From: Schizochytrium sp. TIO01
Taxonomy: Eukaryota; Protista; Bigyra: Labyrinthulomycetes
Direction of reading: 5' to 3'
Assembly (NCBI GenBank): GCA_004764695.1
Contig: SMSO01000014.1
Coordinates: 5,156,845-5,220,844 of the forward strand
DNA: 64,000 nt
The notes beneath the pieces are model-generated. The model was not told the origin of the DNA, searched no databases, and worked only from the letters and a program-made list of their open reading frames with translations. Below, piece by piece: positions 14,501 through 26,717 of the stretch (positions within the stretch are counted from its first letter, which is position 1; each line of letters opens with the position of its first letter). The position numbers and the translations under genes were made by a program.

Positions 14501-14717
14501 CAGCTGTTGCTGAGATATATCCGTCTGGGCTTCTGTTTTTTTGTTTTTTTTTAACTTGCTTCGTCAAGCGCGCTCGAAGCTTGATTTGGCCTGTGGTGCA
14601 GTTACAAACACTTTTTTGGCCATTTGCTTATTAATCACTAGCTCAAACATAATTGCACAAGGCCAAGAGTGGATCGAAGGAGGATATTGATCCCCTGCCG
14701 GCTAAGTCTAACCCAAG

Positions 14718-17700
14718 ATGGAGGAAGAAGATCTTTTTGGAGATGACAGTCGATTTCTTCAGAATAGCTCGAGTGGCCGATCCTCGCAGCATATGTCAAG
14801 CAGGGGCTCAATGCCGTATCATACCGGTGGATATCAGGGGCAACCGAGTGGCATGGGCCATAACAATAGCTTTTACGGCTACCCGCAAGGAAATGGTGGT
14901 CCTACCTACCCAATGCATCAGGTCCCGCAACCACAGCCAGCTTATGACCCCAGTTTGCCCGTTCGTTCTTGGGAGAATGGACGAAACTATCTCCTTGTGC
15001 TCCTTCGCTGGCTCTATTTTACTAACAGTCAACGTTATCCCCAAATTTTCCGTGACTCAGAGTCGAGACGCAATTTGGAGCGCCAAATCGAGCGTGCCAA
15101 CGATCCTCAACTCAAAATCCAAATTTTACGACAGTTCCAAAACGACGCTGGGGCCCAAGCCTTTCATAAAGACTACGAGTTATGGAATCAGCAAATGCTA
15201 GCTTTTTATAAGCGCTATTGCAAAGCCGCTGTAAGAGATCAACGCATTCAAACTGCAGTCGACGCTGTACAGAATCCTCAAGGTGTATTTGATCTTGAAA
15301 ATGCTGCTCGTCTTAACGCATCGATGGAGATGGTGGGAAAGATCCAACGTGGTGTCGTAAAAGCAATCGCTCGCAAGATTGACGAAGCTCTTTTGAAACG
15401 CAGAAACGAACATAGATCTAGCTCTACCCCTCAGGGTCAAAGCAGTCCCCCACCTCCTTCACAAACATCCCCTCCGTCACAACCTCAATCCCAACAAATG
15501 CCTCCTCAAGCCCAATACCAGGGGCAACACCAAGGGCAGTATGTACCACACGACCAAACTCGGCCCGTAGGAACACCTGCAACTCAGCCTCAGACTCAAG
15601 CGCATATGCAGCAATCTTCAGCTCAGCAACGTGCTTATCAGCAACGACTCTCAGGCCAACCCCAACAACCGGCGCTCCAGCCAACACCACAACAACTGTC
15701 GCAAAAGCCTCCGCAACAACCACAGCTAAAGCCAATAAAGCAGCAGCAGCAGCAGCAAGGTCGTCAGATGTCGCCTCCGCCCATGCAACAACCGCAACAA
15801 CAGCGCCCACCCCAGCAACTGCCTCAGCAGCAACAACAGCAACAACGCCCTCCACAGCAACAGGTGCCTCCGAAGTCCCGAGTCCAGACTGCCCCGACAC
15901 CTTCTATGCCACAAATGCCGTCGCAAAAACAACAACCACAACAGCCTCGCCAGCTTCTGAAACAAGAGCAAGCATCACCTGTGCCCATCCCAGCGCAACA
16001 AAAGTCGCCACAACATCGCCCACCGCGACCCGCCTCTGTGAACTCTACGCCACCAATATCAAAAACATCTTCGAATCCTGCACTTCAGGTCCCGCGAGAC
16101 AACCTTGCAGGGTCCAAAGAGGAGGAAGAAAGGCTTCGTGCAGAACGAAAACAAAAGCACGCTCAATTCTTGGAGCAAGAAAGGCGTCGTCTGCAGCTTG
16201 AACAAGCAAAAATAGATGCTCAAGCCAAGGCACAACAAGTAAGCGCGAAAGCTGCAAAACAGAAAAAGCAAGCTGCTGCTCCAAGCCGCCAGCAGCCCCC
16301 TCCCCAAAGAACCTACTCAGGTATGTCAGCATCGCAGCAAAATGCGAGTGTTATGCGCACTGCATCTGCCGGATCTGGTTCTACTCAACCTGGTGTCAAT
16401 CAATCAGTTGCAATGTCTGCTCGAATGTCAGTACAACCTATGGCCATGACCCCTAAGCAGATGGAGGCTGCACGGTATACAGCCAACCCAAACCTCATGC
16501 CAAAGCAAACAAAAGCGCAGCAAGGGCAAGCACGAGGCGCAGCTCGTTCTAATAGCATGAATTCCATGGGGGCTGTGCCTCTTACGAAGCAGGGATCTAT
16601 TCCATCCCAAACCCAACCAGGGCCTGCAGCTCGAGGCGCGCAACCAACGAGTCAGTACAGCCCTTCTACGATGACTCCAGCAATGATGAATACTGGAATG
16701 CCGATGTCGATGACCACGGGTCCTCAACCGGCCATGCCAGCGATGAGCAGAAACCCGTCGACAAGTTCTTCGAAACGTGGTTCTCGAGGAAGTAAAAGTC
16801 CCAACTCTTCAACTTCAAGACCTGGGGTATCTACAGCATCAACTGGTGCAGGTCGGGGAAGCACAGCTGGTCGAGGCGGCGCGGCAGCAGCAGGAGCTGG
16901 CAGCTCTCGAGGTGGTCTTGGCGGCATGAAAAAATCGCCGCAACCGCAAATGGGAGGTCGCGGAATGGGAGTAACTCCGCAAACATCGACACAAGCCCAA
17001 ATGAATTTCGCGCAGCAGCAGATGTACAGTGTTTATCCTCAACCGATTTCGAAGATGACGTCCGTGTACCCTTCCATGACAGCACCATCCACGACACAGG
17101 GAATTAAAAGGCCCCCACCAAACGGGGGCGCGCGACCTATGGTTCGGGCATCATCATCAGGAGGTTCTAGTATTACCTCTACAGGAACTACAAAGTCAAA
17201 GAAGAGCAACAAGTCGAATAAGGGAGCTGCAACTAATGTAATGCCTTCTCCGGCCGGCGCTCCCATGGCAAAGACCAAAAGCAACAGTAGTATGTCTAAG
17301 ATAAGGCTGGACCCAAGTACAGCGATGCCCACAACCACCACGAACAACACCGCCTATATACCGAATGTAGTACAAAGGCCAGGTACAAGTCCCTCAGTTG
17401 CCCCAATTGTAGCTCCTACGTCGACAACCGTGGCTCCTCCGCGAAGTTCCGATGCAAGCTCTGTTACGAGCTCAACTTCAAGACCCAACAAGCCAAAGGC
17501 TAAACCAAAGACGAATCGACAGGATTCGATGGGCAATAAGAGTATCGGGCCGAATGACACTGCGTCTAAGGTTCACCCGATTCTAAAACTTGATCATGTC
17601 CCCATGCCTCGTGAAATGACAAGTCCACTTGTGCGAGAGCGCGTTAAGCACACGCTTGGAAGCTCTTTAGTCAACCCTATGCAGGTAAAGGACCCAAATC

Positions 17701-18344
17701 CGTGTGTGGAGTACCTTTCCAGTGCATTGGATGTTTTGATTCGAGACTCACTTGTGGAGCTTTTAGGTCTAAGCCGTCATCGCGCTGAAGGTGAGTCGCA
17801 ACGTCGGCATATTCCTGAAGTGTCAAAGCCATTCAGTTTAAGCGACCGTTTGGAGATCCTGAAAAAGCGCAAGCTTTCGTTGGCTGCCGTTCGAAAGCCT
17901 GAAGAAGATTTGGAGGCACTCTTTACTGGCCTTAATGAACGTATGGAGAAGGACACGAAGAGTGAGAAGCCAGAGAAATCAAGCTCCAAGTCCAGGAAAG
18001 ATGCTGCCGCAGATAAGAAGAAACAGCTCATGCAATCGGAGAATTCTAACCCAGGAACTGTGCACAAGCTTATGCAAAAGGCAAAGACCGAGCAGCTCAT
18101 GGAGTACCGTAAATCGGAACGAAGTTTCCAGGATATGTTCCGGAAGTCCGTCGAGCAACTTAAACAGACTTCTAGTACACGTGATCAAGTATTGGTGCCT
18201 CTTATGTCTCAAACCCGTGGCTCTCGAATTACAGTTTCTATGCCGGAGCTTCGAACCTTCCTCGATGTGGATTACTGTGTTGCTGCACCAAAAGTCAGAA
18301 GAATTTGGGCAAAGTGCAAATGTGTCCAGACGCTTGAAACTTAA
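14718..18344 (+). CDS. TAF4: TAF4-like TFIID subunit (long Q/P/M/S-rich disordered region, C-terminal histone fold), 1208 aa
   Basis: Intronless ORF. KDPNPCVEYLSSALDVLIRDSLVELLGLSRHRAE resembles the TAF4 histone-fold alpha-2 segment ending in SRHR. The terminal RITVSMPELRTFLDVD resembles the TAF4 conserved C-terminal helix. A Q-rich N-terminal half is typical of TAF4. Confidence 0.7.
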   Translation: MEEEDLFGDDSRFLQNSSSGRSSQHMSSRGSMPYHTGGYQGQPSGMGHNNSFYGYPQGNGGPTYPMHQVPQPQPAYDPSLPVRSWENGRNYLLVLLRWLYFTNSQRYPQIFRDSESRRNLERQIERANDPQLKIQILRQFQNDAGAQAFHKDYELWNQQMLAFYKRYCKAAVRDQRIQTAVDAVQNPQGVFDLENAARLNASMEMVGKIQRGVVKAIARKIDEALLKRRNEHRSSSTPQGQSSPPPPSQTSPPSQPQSQQMPPQAQYQGQHQGQYVPHDQTRPVGTPATQPQTQAHMQQSSAQQRAYQQRLSGQPQQPALQPTPQQLSQKPPQQPQLKPIKQQQQQQGRQMSPPPMQQPQQQRPPQQLPQQQQQQQRPPQQQVPPKSRVQTAPTPSMPQMPSQKQQPQQPRQLLKQEQASPVPIPAQQKSPQHRPPRPASVNSTPPISKTSSNPALQVPRDNLAGSKEEEERLRAERKQKHAQFLEQERRRLQLEQAKIDAQAKAQQVSAKAAKQKKQAAAPSRQQPPPQRTYSGMSASQQNASVMRTASAGSGSTQPGVNQSVAMSARMSVQPMAMTPKQMEAARYTANPNLMPKQTKAQQGQARGAARSNSMNSMGAVPLTKQGSIPSQTQPGPAARGAQPTSQYSPSTMTPAMMNTGMPMSMTTGPQPAMPAMSRNPSTSSSKRGSRGSKSPNSSTSRPGVSTASTGAGRGSTAGRGGAAAAGAGSSRGGLGGMKKSPQPQMGGRGMGVTPQTSTQAQMNFAQQQMYSVYPQPISKMTSVYPSMTAPSTTQGIKRPPPNGGARPMVRASSSGGSSITSTGTTKSKKSNKSNKGAATNVMPSPAGAPMAKTKSNSSMSKIRLDPSTAMPTTTTNNTAYIPNVVQRPGTSPSVAPIVAPTSTTVAPPRSSDASSVTSSTSRPNKPKAKPKTNRQDSMGNKSIGPNDTASKVHPILKLDHVPMPREMTSPLVRERVKHTLGSSLVNPMQVKDPNPCVEYLSSALDVLIRDSLVELLGLSRHRAEGESQRRHIPEVSKPFSLSDRLEILKKRKLSLAAVRKPEEDLEALFTGLNERMEKDTKSEKPEKSSSKSRKDAAADKKKQLMQSENSNPGTVHKLMQKAKTEQLMEYRKSERSFQDMFRKSVEQLKQTSSTRDQVLVPLMSQTRGSRITVSMPELRTFLDVDYCVAAPKVRRIWAKCKCVQTLET

Positions 18345-19845
18345 TCTGTGGGTAGAATCGTATTAAGTAGAATGAGTATGGCTCGACAACCATACTCTTT
18401 GTTATTGATGTTCCCAATTTGTTTTGATTGTTGGAAAACTTAATTGTGTAATACGTGCACTATATTGTGAAGATATTGATCACCGTTGTCATTGATACAA
18501 ACTGACGATGAATGGTATATTGTATCTGGGTTTATAATACAAGTATACAAGTTGTCTCATTGCTTTCCCCTCTCTAGGACTCTCTGACTTTACATTTCAC
18601 ATAGTTTTTTTCAAAGTTAAAATATATATTCTTTTTTATGTACGTGCTTTTATTTTGATTGCCACATCAAGAAAACAACGTACTGAATACGGCAGTCCAA
18701 AAATCAAATTATTTGTTAAGTTTTATTCTGTATTTTCACGACTATTCATGTCACTTAAGTATCAAAATGAATCATCCACAATGCAACACGCAGGAAGTTT
18801 TTTCTGTTTTTGTTTTTTTGTTTCGAAACAAGTAATCTTACTTTATGAAGCCTTGACTTTCAATATTCATAGCTGTAGCTATAACACGAAGTTGGTCGCT
18901 GCAGTTGTAAATTTATATGAAACCTAGATCAAAGGAGACGTTCTCTTGTTTTAAAAAATGTGACTGGAGGAAAGAACCCCTTTCAAATTGATTGTAATTC
19001 ACTCATTTTTAACTTAAAATCGAGTTTGGTCTCTTATCACAGAAACAAATTAATTTACAGCCACCATATTTAATTATTCATGCAACACGATGATACGGCC
19101 ACAATAAGACTGGTTTTTCCAGTCTTGGTCTTATCTCAAGTACAACATACCATAGTAGCGATAAGATTGGTTCCGCATTGCGCACCAGAAAAAGAGGCGT
19201 TCAATCAGAAGTTAGTTCTTTTATATGTTTTTGTGGATTAATTGGTAGGTAGTAGTAGAAAGTATGTTCCCAGTTGACTATATTCAATGCAACGATAATG
19301 GCCTGCCTCCAAGATAAGTGTCACTATATTCCTTTATGTGGAATTAGCGAACCCATCAGTAGTAAAAAAAAAATAAAGCGAAGGAGAGGGAAACATCATC
19401 GTCCACATAACAACAGCTTCGTGGGGAGCCAGGACAGATGACAGCATTTGATAGTTTTCTCGTGAGGGTAGAAGGCTAGCGTGTTGGGGAAATGATGCGA
19501 GTGTGTTTTCCTCTATATGCTGACGAGAGGGGTAAAATGTGGACTAGTGTCTCATGCTAGCCCAAAAAAGGGAGCCACGCTAAACCGAAAGCTCCAAATA
19601 ACGGGGCAATTTGCAGCTAGCAGTAGGCAGCAGCACATTTAAAGGCAGTTTGTCGTCAACGAGAAAAAGAGAAAACACAAGTATACGCTTTCCGTTTGAC
19701 AAAACTACGCGTTTTGTGCGCGGGGAGAACAGACGTTGGTCTCTGGACAGTGCTTAGACACAGCGCATTTCTGCCTTGCTTCTCTTTACAAAAAAGCAAG
19801 ACGGGTTAACTAAAGTGCAGAGCAGTGACAAGACCGCCAGGGAAA

Positions 19846-21129
19846 TTACTGCATGTTGGCGGTCTCAGCCGGGAGCTGGATGGTAACGCCGTCCATCTCC
19901 TTGGTGACGAAGACCTGGCAGCCAAGGCGGGAAGTCTCGGTGAGACCAAGGGCAAGATCGAGCATGTCCTCTTCCTCCTCCTCAGGCTGAGGAAGCGCAT
20001 CGTAGAGCTCCTGGTCGAGGATGCAGCTGTGGTACGTAATTCACAAAACATGGTCATATGTAACAAAGTTAGTATACGCGTTCCTGCTAGTTCTAGCTGT
20101 GCATGTGGGTATCAATCGCTCTTTGCACGTGTGCAAAATCCCCAAAACAATGAAAAGAAAGTTTTTTTCATTCGAAAAGGTGGTCACTTACTGGCAGGTC
20201 TGCAGATACAACGAAATGAATTTGTACAGACGATAAGCAGAAAAAGGCAAGCAGCAGCCATGATATATTAGAGGAGTAGCGTCGTAAACAAATAAGTGTA
20301 TGACAGGTTAGTTAAAGGGCAATAAACCTTTAAAAATATGGAGCAAATTACCTAAAGGTAGATTAGGCTTTATGGTGCAGGGCTTATTGCATAAGTAAAC
20401 TTACGGAGCAGGCCATCTCACCACCACAGGCACCCTCCATCTCAATGTCGTTGGCGTGTGCGACCTCGAGGATGCTGTCACCGACCTCTATGTAGTCCAA
20501 TCACAAGAGCGTTACCGCCAAACAAATGTCTTGGTTAGTCATTCTGTTTCCTTCATCGAAATTCTGTTTAGGCCTGGTTCTATCGACCTAGCTGCACCTT
20601 TTCTTCTTCAAGAGCACGACGAATTTTCAATCTGATTGTTTTGCTCTGGGTGCCCTGGGCCAGGTCTAATCCTGGTCTCAGACTGCCTGGAGCAAAGAAA
20701 ACATTGAAAATTGCTGAAGGGCAACACGGGACCAAAATCAATCAGATTCAAGAGCGTAGATGGCAAAGAGAACTGGTAGATAGATTTTGGTGAACCCCAT
20801 CGCAATGTCATGTAATGCCTTGAACAGCAGTAGAGCAGACAAGAGCACATTGCAGAAGGCTCCCAAATTCGGCCAATTCACTCGCAAAATTCTGTCAGCT
20901 GCGGTGGCAATTTCCAGTTGAACGTACCTGCGTCGACGGTCTCAGTGTCTCCATCGGCGTCGCGGAAGATGATCTTGACGGTGGCAAATCCGCGGGAGCT
21001 CATCATAAGCTGCTGCTGGACGGGTGCCAGGGAGCGGCCCATGACGAGGGATTGCTGGGGCGCAGCGCGAGCGAGGGCGCCGGAGCGGAGGGCCTGGCGG
21101 CCAGCAGAGCGGAGGACAGAGCCGAGCAT
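19846..21129 (-). CDS. FDX: Mitochondrial adrenodoxin-type [2Fe-2S] ferredoxin, 4 exons, 157 aa
   Basis: Exons 21129-20928, 20487-20405, 20199-20192 (8 nt) and 20026-19846; all GT-AG; total 474 nt in frame. Arg/Ser/Ala-rich targeting peptide (MLGSVLRSAGRQALRS...), EGACGGEMACSTCH, EEEDMLDLA and TSRLGCQ. Confidence 0.95.
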
Positions 21130-22862
21130 TGTGGAGATGAAGCGTGAAGAAGAGCGAAAGACTAAAGTCGTGAGCTTTGCTTGCTTGCGGCTGCTGCTGC
21201 CTCCAAAGCGAATGAATGTCCTCGAAGAAGAGATGCGTGTTTGCTTTCCGCTATTCAATCAAACATTCAATCTCTCTATCATTCCATCACCAAACTAAAC
21301 TAAACACTAAAGAAAAGAATTTAACTAAATGAATTCGCTTTCACTAACTACGTGCTACTTCTACCCCAATCCTAGTGTTACTACCATCTGCGATTCTTTT
21401 CTTTCTCTCTTTTTAAAACTTTGTCACTACTCAGTGAAGCTACTAGTCGCATAGCTAGTCAAATAGCTACCAACTCTTCTTCGCTTTGCTTTGCTTTGCT
21501 TTTCTTTTCTTTTTCATAGTTCTTTTTCCCAGCACTGCTTTTCTTTTCTTTTCTTTTCCTCTTTTCTTCGCTTTTCTTTGCTTTTCTCCAAGCCCAGAGC
21601 ACTCGCAGATGGACAGACGGAGACAGGCAAACAAAGACCTCTGCAAAGCCGAGCAGATGCGCGAACCTCCCTCCTGAGAGAGCGCCTCTCTCTGCCTCTC
21701 TGCAATCGACAGCAGAAGTATCTCGCTACGCAGGTGAAGGAGGAGGAGGAGGAGGGTTGGCTTTTCTTTTCTTTTCTTTCCTTTCCTTTTCTTTTCTTTC
21801 TTTCTCGAGTTGTCTTTTCCTGTTGGCTTTCTTTCTCTTTCTTCTTCCCCTCTTTTAAACAATCCTTCATACCGCGCTAGCGGAGCTGCTAGCGGAGCCC
21901 GTTTTATTGTTTTCAGTAGCAAAGGCGCGCTAGCCCCCCCACCACACAGGAACAACCTTTTTCTTTCATTTTCATTTCAATATGGCACCATATTCGATGT
22001 ATCTCATCAGAATATCAGTGAACAGGTGAAAGCGGAAGAACAGTGGGAAGAATAGGGATGAATGAATGAGTGAAAGAAACAAACAAACAAACAAACAAAG
22101 AAGGAAAGAACGCATCATTCATTGAACACGAAGATGCTCTTGTTTGTTTAGTTTACCTTTGTCAGTGGCGAATGTAACAAACTGATGAGACGATCTACGA
22201 CCAACAGGTGCAGATCCGAGCTTTGGGAGGCAAATCAATCAATCAATCGATCAATCGATCAATCAGTCAATCAATCAATCAATCAATCAGCATCGAAGCG
22301 GAGAAAAGGCGACAGCGATTGATAGACGACACTGAGAGGAGCAGCAACAAAAAGAGAACGAGAGAAAACCTGACTGCTATCGATACCCTTATGAGGCGCA
22401 TAGGCCTTCTGCACTCCATGTTCCTGCAATTCGAAGCGGCGGCGAAGGTGATACTAAGAAGAGTATGCGCTACGTCGCATTAGGAGGTCATAGAGCGCCG
22501 GTAGTGCCCACATAAAGTGAGTTTAAGGTAGCCGCGCCTACCCGTGCTTAGTAGTTTGTGATGTTGACTTTTCAGAGAAAAGAAAGAAAAGAAGCGCAGG
22601 AAACTAACTGCCTTTCTCTCGTCTTTCATGCTTTGAACAATGTCTTCACTCACTCACTCACTCACTCACTCACTCACTCACTCAGCACTGCGCTAATCCC
22701 TCGAAAAGAATCGCCCACTGTTGCACGAGGCAAGTAAACCTCAGTCCATCAGAGGCCTCTCGCACCTCTCACGATACCCTATGGTGCGAAACGGCACGAT
22801 GCCAAGGATTTGACGCACATTGATTGCTGCTGCTTTTCTTTCAGGGTCAGCCATTATGCCAC

Positions 22863-22871
22863 AGATAGATG

Positions 22872-22952
<81 letters not shown>
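22863..22952. repeat. (GATA)n microsatellite
   Basis: Long gata array with one gatg variant. Confidence 0.95.
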
Positions 22953-23639
22953 GCTACTACCGTCTACCTACCTATTCGAGCGCTGCTCTCTCTCTCTTTG
23001 TCTCTTGCGCAATCTTTCTCTCAAGAGAGAACATCGCTTTTCTTTCAAGCTGGAGCGCTAGGGCCGAGTAGCTGGCCCCTAGCAGCAGGCAGAGGGCGGG
23101 CTCCTTCGTTAGTTCAAGCGCTCGCTTCGTCTCCTTTTCTTTCCTTTTCTTTGCTTTCTCCTGCTGCTTGCGCCTTTTGCTCTCTTCTGTTGGGGAGAAA
23201 AAGAAAACTTTTTCCAAACAAAAAACTGCACCAAAACCCGCGCGTTGACAGCACAAGGCGCAGCACCAGCGAGCGAGTGTGCGGTTGCGGCGTAGAGGGA
23301 AAGAAAGAGGTCGGCGCGGCAAAAAAAACAATTAAAAACTAAGAAGAATAGTAAGACTCCTCTTCTTCGCAGCGAGCGGCGGAGGCTGCCTGCTTGACTG
23401 CCTGATGGCCTGCTTGACTGACGGCTTGACTGCCTTCCTGGCAGCGAGCGAGCAGCTTCAACCTGTTTCTCAGAGGGCTGTAAGCCAAGCAACTCGCCAG
23501 GGACTGCGACGCAATGTAATGCAAAAAATGCGGTGAACGCGTGCGCTAGTGTTAAGGGTAGATAGCGGGGGCGTAGCGGTGCCAAGGTAGTACAGCTCAG
23601 AGTCGTCAGAAGATAAAAGTGGTTTTCTTCTTTCTTGCA

Positions 23640-23815
23640 CTTTGCTTTACTTTGCTTTGCTTTGCTTTACTTTGCTTTGCTTTGCTTTACTTTGCTTTGC
23701 TTTACTTTACTTTGTTTAACTTTGCTTTACTTTGCTTTGCTTTGCTTTACTTTGCTTTGCTTTGCTTTGCTTTGCTTTGCTTTACTTTGTTTTGCTTTAC
23801 TTTGCTTCACTTTGT
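23640..23815. repeat. (TTTGC/TTTAC)n pentamer microsatellite
   Basis: About 35 interleaved tttgc/tttac units. Confidence 0.9.
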
Positions 23816-26621
23816 CACTGCATAATGAGGGGAGCAGCTTTGGGGTCCGCCACACATCACACATGCATAGCACATACATCATGTGCGATGATGAGGCCTG
23901 CAAGCTTCTAGCTGGTCTCAGGCTGTGTCTGATGAACTCCAAGTACGCTGGGCTGCATTGCACTGAAAAAGAAATGCCCCACTCGTGACAATGCCAGTGC
24001 CCTCCTCGTGGCTGCCAACATGTGTGCCTACTAATTTGGTTTTTCTTCGATCGAAGGCGGCGTCTTCTACTAGTTCCTGCTGCGCTGAGATCGTGCTCGC
24101 GTTGCGATGATCACGACGAGGCTTGCTTTGTGAGGATTAATTAATCAGGCACACTTGATATGCTGTTAATCAATGAGGATGGTGAGAAAAGTGAGCTCGA
24201 TCTTTGTACGGCACGGACTCCTCCAGTGAACAAAGAGAGTGCGCGGGAGTGCTAAATAGTAAGTGGGGTAGCGCACAGACTTCCCGTGCTCGCTTCTCGA
24301 CCTTCTCGTGGGACGTGCTGCGCAGCGATTGAATGTTTTTTTTCTAGTTAAGATGGATAAGTTAACGCTCTTTTCTACTGCAGCATGCATTACTGTAAGT
24401 GATCATTGCAGAACTCTTTCAATTGCGGGGGAATTAGCGAGTGAGTGAAGTTGTTACTGGGTAATTGATGTGATGTGACTTTCAATGCAATTGGCTTCGC
24501 TCGTCACAAGGAGACCGACTCATGGTCGGTCACCTTTGGACTGCAAATGATGGAGTCGCGGGCAAGGAAGCTAACTGTCTCGAATATGGTGCATCATTAA
24601 TTAATGTCTGTCTTTACATACAGCATCATCAAAGGCGTGATGTGGCGACTTAACTCGACTCCGCTCGGTTGGCAAGGACTACCACGACTCGTGATAAATC
24701 TACTCGGCCTGGTGAGTGATTCCCACGGCATCGTGGACACAGGCATTGACTCGGGGTTCTTTCCTTGGCCCTGACCCCTCAAGGATCGAGGTTTAGCAGG
24801 CGACTTCTGTAAAAGACTACAGTACAGACTATAGTTCGATTACAGAGAAGCATAGAGAACGGTGTAGATGACGCCTCGAATAGGAGCAGGCTGGCAATCT
24901 ATCGTGGCGCTAGTAAAAGACTCGCTGAGGCCAGTAGGGTAGCACTAGATGGCTTAGAGCTGTGAAGTCTGCTCATCATGAAACTTTGGGTACTACGCAG
25001 CACCACGAAGGAAAAGTCTGATTGTTCTCAAGTGCCAAGAACCAGGTATTCATTCCCTAGCGCAGCTTCCAAGTTTTTCAAACAAGTGGGCAGGCAGCAC
25101 GCACCGAACACCATTCCGAGCGACGGTGAATCGATTCATCACTTCACTTCATTCGTGTGTCAGCTTGCGGGTTTTCATCCTTCCTTCGCTCACCAAAGGT
25201 GCCGATTGGCATAACATCTTAGTCCGAGCCCTTCGGTCTGCCTGCATTGCTAGCCGCATTGTCAAGATTACGAGGCGCGAGCCATGGTCATGAACACGGA
25301 AGTGTTGAACTGCAGCGAGATCTAATGTGGTAGCCACCGGGTTCCTTTTCTGCGATTTCTGCACATCGTTCTTTACAATCGCCACCATTGAATAGTTGTA
25401 GTACTACTAGTAGTAATAGCATTAGTAGTAATACTAATATGAATAGTACAAATTGTCTGCGAATTCTCGCTGGATCTTCGTACTACGACCACCACACTCT
25501 CAGGTCGAAAGGGAACGAAAGGCGATTTATTTGGTTCTGGCTTTGCCGCACAGGTCGGAACCCAGTCACTTCAAGCTGAAGTTCGACCTTTAAAGTTACC
25601 ATTAGGACTATGTATCCTTGATCGTTTGGCATTATATCTATCAATTTACTTTTCTTTTTTTTTTTAACTCGTCTCTGCTAGGTAAGCATAGTAGATGGGC
25701 AGCTCAAGCGCCGCTGTTGGGCTAAAATGGGTTAACATCACAATAATTGTGCTGCGAACGTGTGATGATATAATTGCATGAACTCTGTCTGATATCGACG
25801 CAGAAAACTCACGCAGAGATCACATTGTATCCCAAATTCCCCGATTTCAATGTGCAAATCTGTGAGCTTCTAACGAGAGGGAGGAGATCTTGCTCCGCGT
25901 AGTCGATTCCTTGGAGGGGACAGAGATCGCGCTAGTTTGCTTTCTTTTGGGTGGGTCATATTGGGTCACTCACTGTTGCTTTCTCTCTATCAACAAGGCA
26001 CGTACACTTTAGAATCGCTGCATCCGGCACTCCAGGGAGCCTCTAAAATCTTTCTGCAAAGCTGGAGAGATCTCGCCTCCTTGCAGCCAGAGCTACCCAC
26101 GTACCTTGGCACCTCCCTCGCTCCTAAGTTCGAACCTTGGTCGCGGTGGAAACCAGCGCCACGCGCCCTCTGATCCCACGACATGACGGACGACCCAGGC
26201 AGCAGCTCCACATCTTCTGTCCTGTCCTGCGGCAAATTCGCTTTCGTTCGCGAGCGTCCAGCTGCTCAATCTGTAGGCCGATTGCCTGTTGATCTCCGAG
26301 CGCAAACATCGCTGCGTCTCGAGCGATGATCACGATGATGACGGAAACAGGCATCACAACAGCAAGTGCAAGAAGCTTGCTGCCAGAGACACAGCCGTAC
26401 ATCCACGGCGCCTTCACCTCGTCGCCGTCTTCCTCCCGGGTACTGCTTCTGCTTTGGTATCAATGAGGGAATGCATGAACGGGATAGACGAACAAGCTAG
26501 CAAGCAAACAAACGAACCCACGAACCAACGAACCAACGAACCAACGAACAGCGGCGAGAGCCCAAGCGCCAGCTCTGCACGGGATCCGGCGTCGCCCGCG
26601 TTCTCAAGACAGCGGCAGCTT

Positions 26622-26642
26622 GAAAGAAAGAAAGAAAGAAAA

Positions 26643-26717
<75 letters not shown>
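26622..26717. repeat. (GAAA)n microsatellite
   Basis: Direct read. Confidence 0.95.

Noticed and set aside
23886-23968. C/D box snoRNA-like arrangement (ATGATGA...CTGA)
   Set aside because: No terminal stem, and the short putative rRNA-complementary stretch is not properly adjacent to the D box; unsupported without snoscan or small-RNA data.
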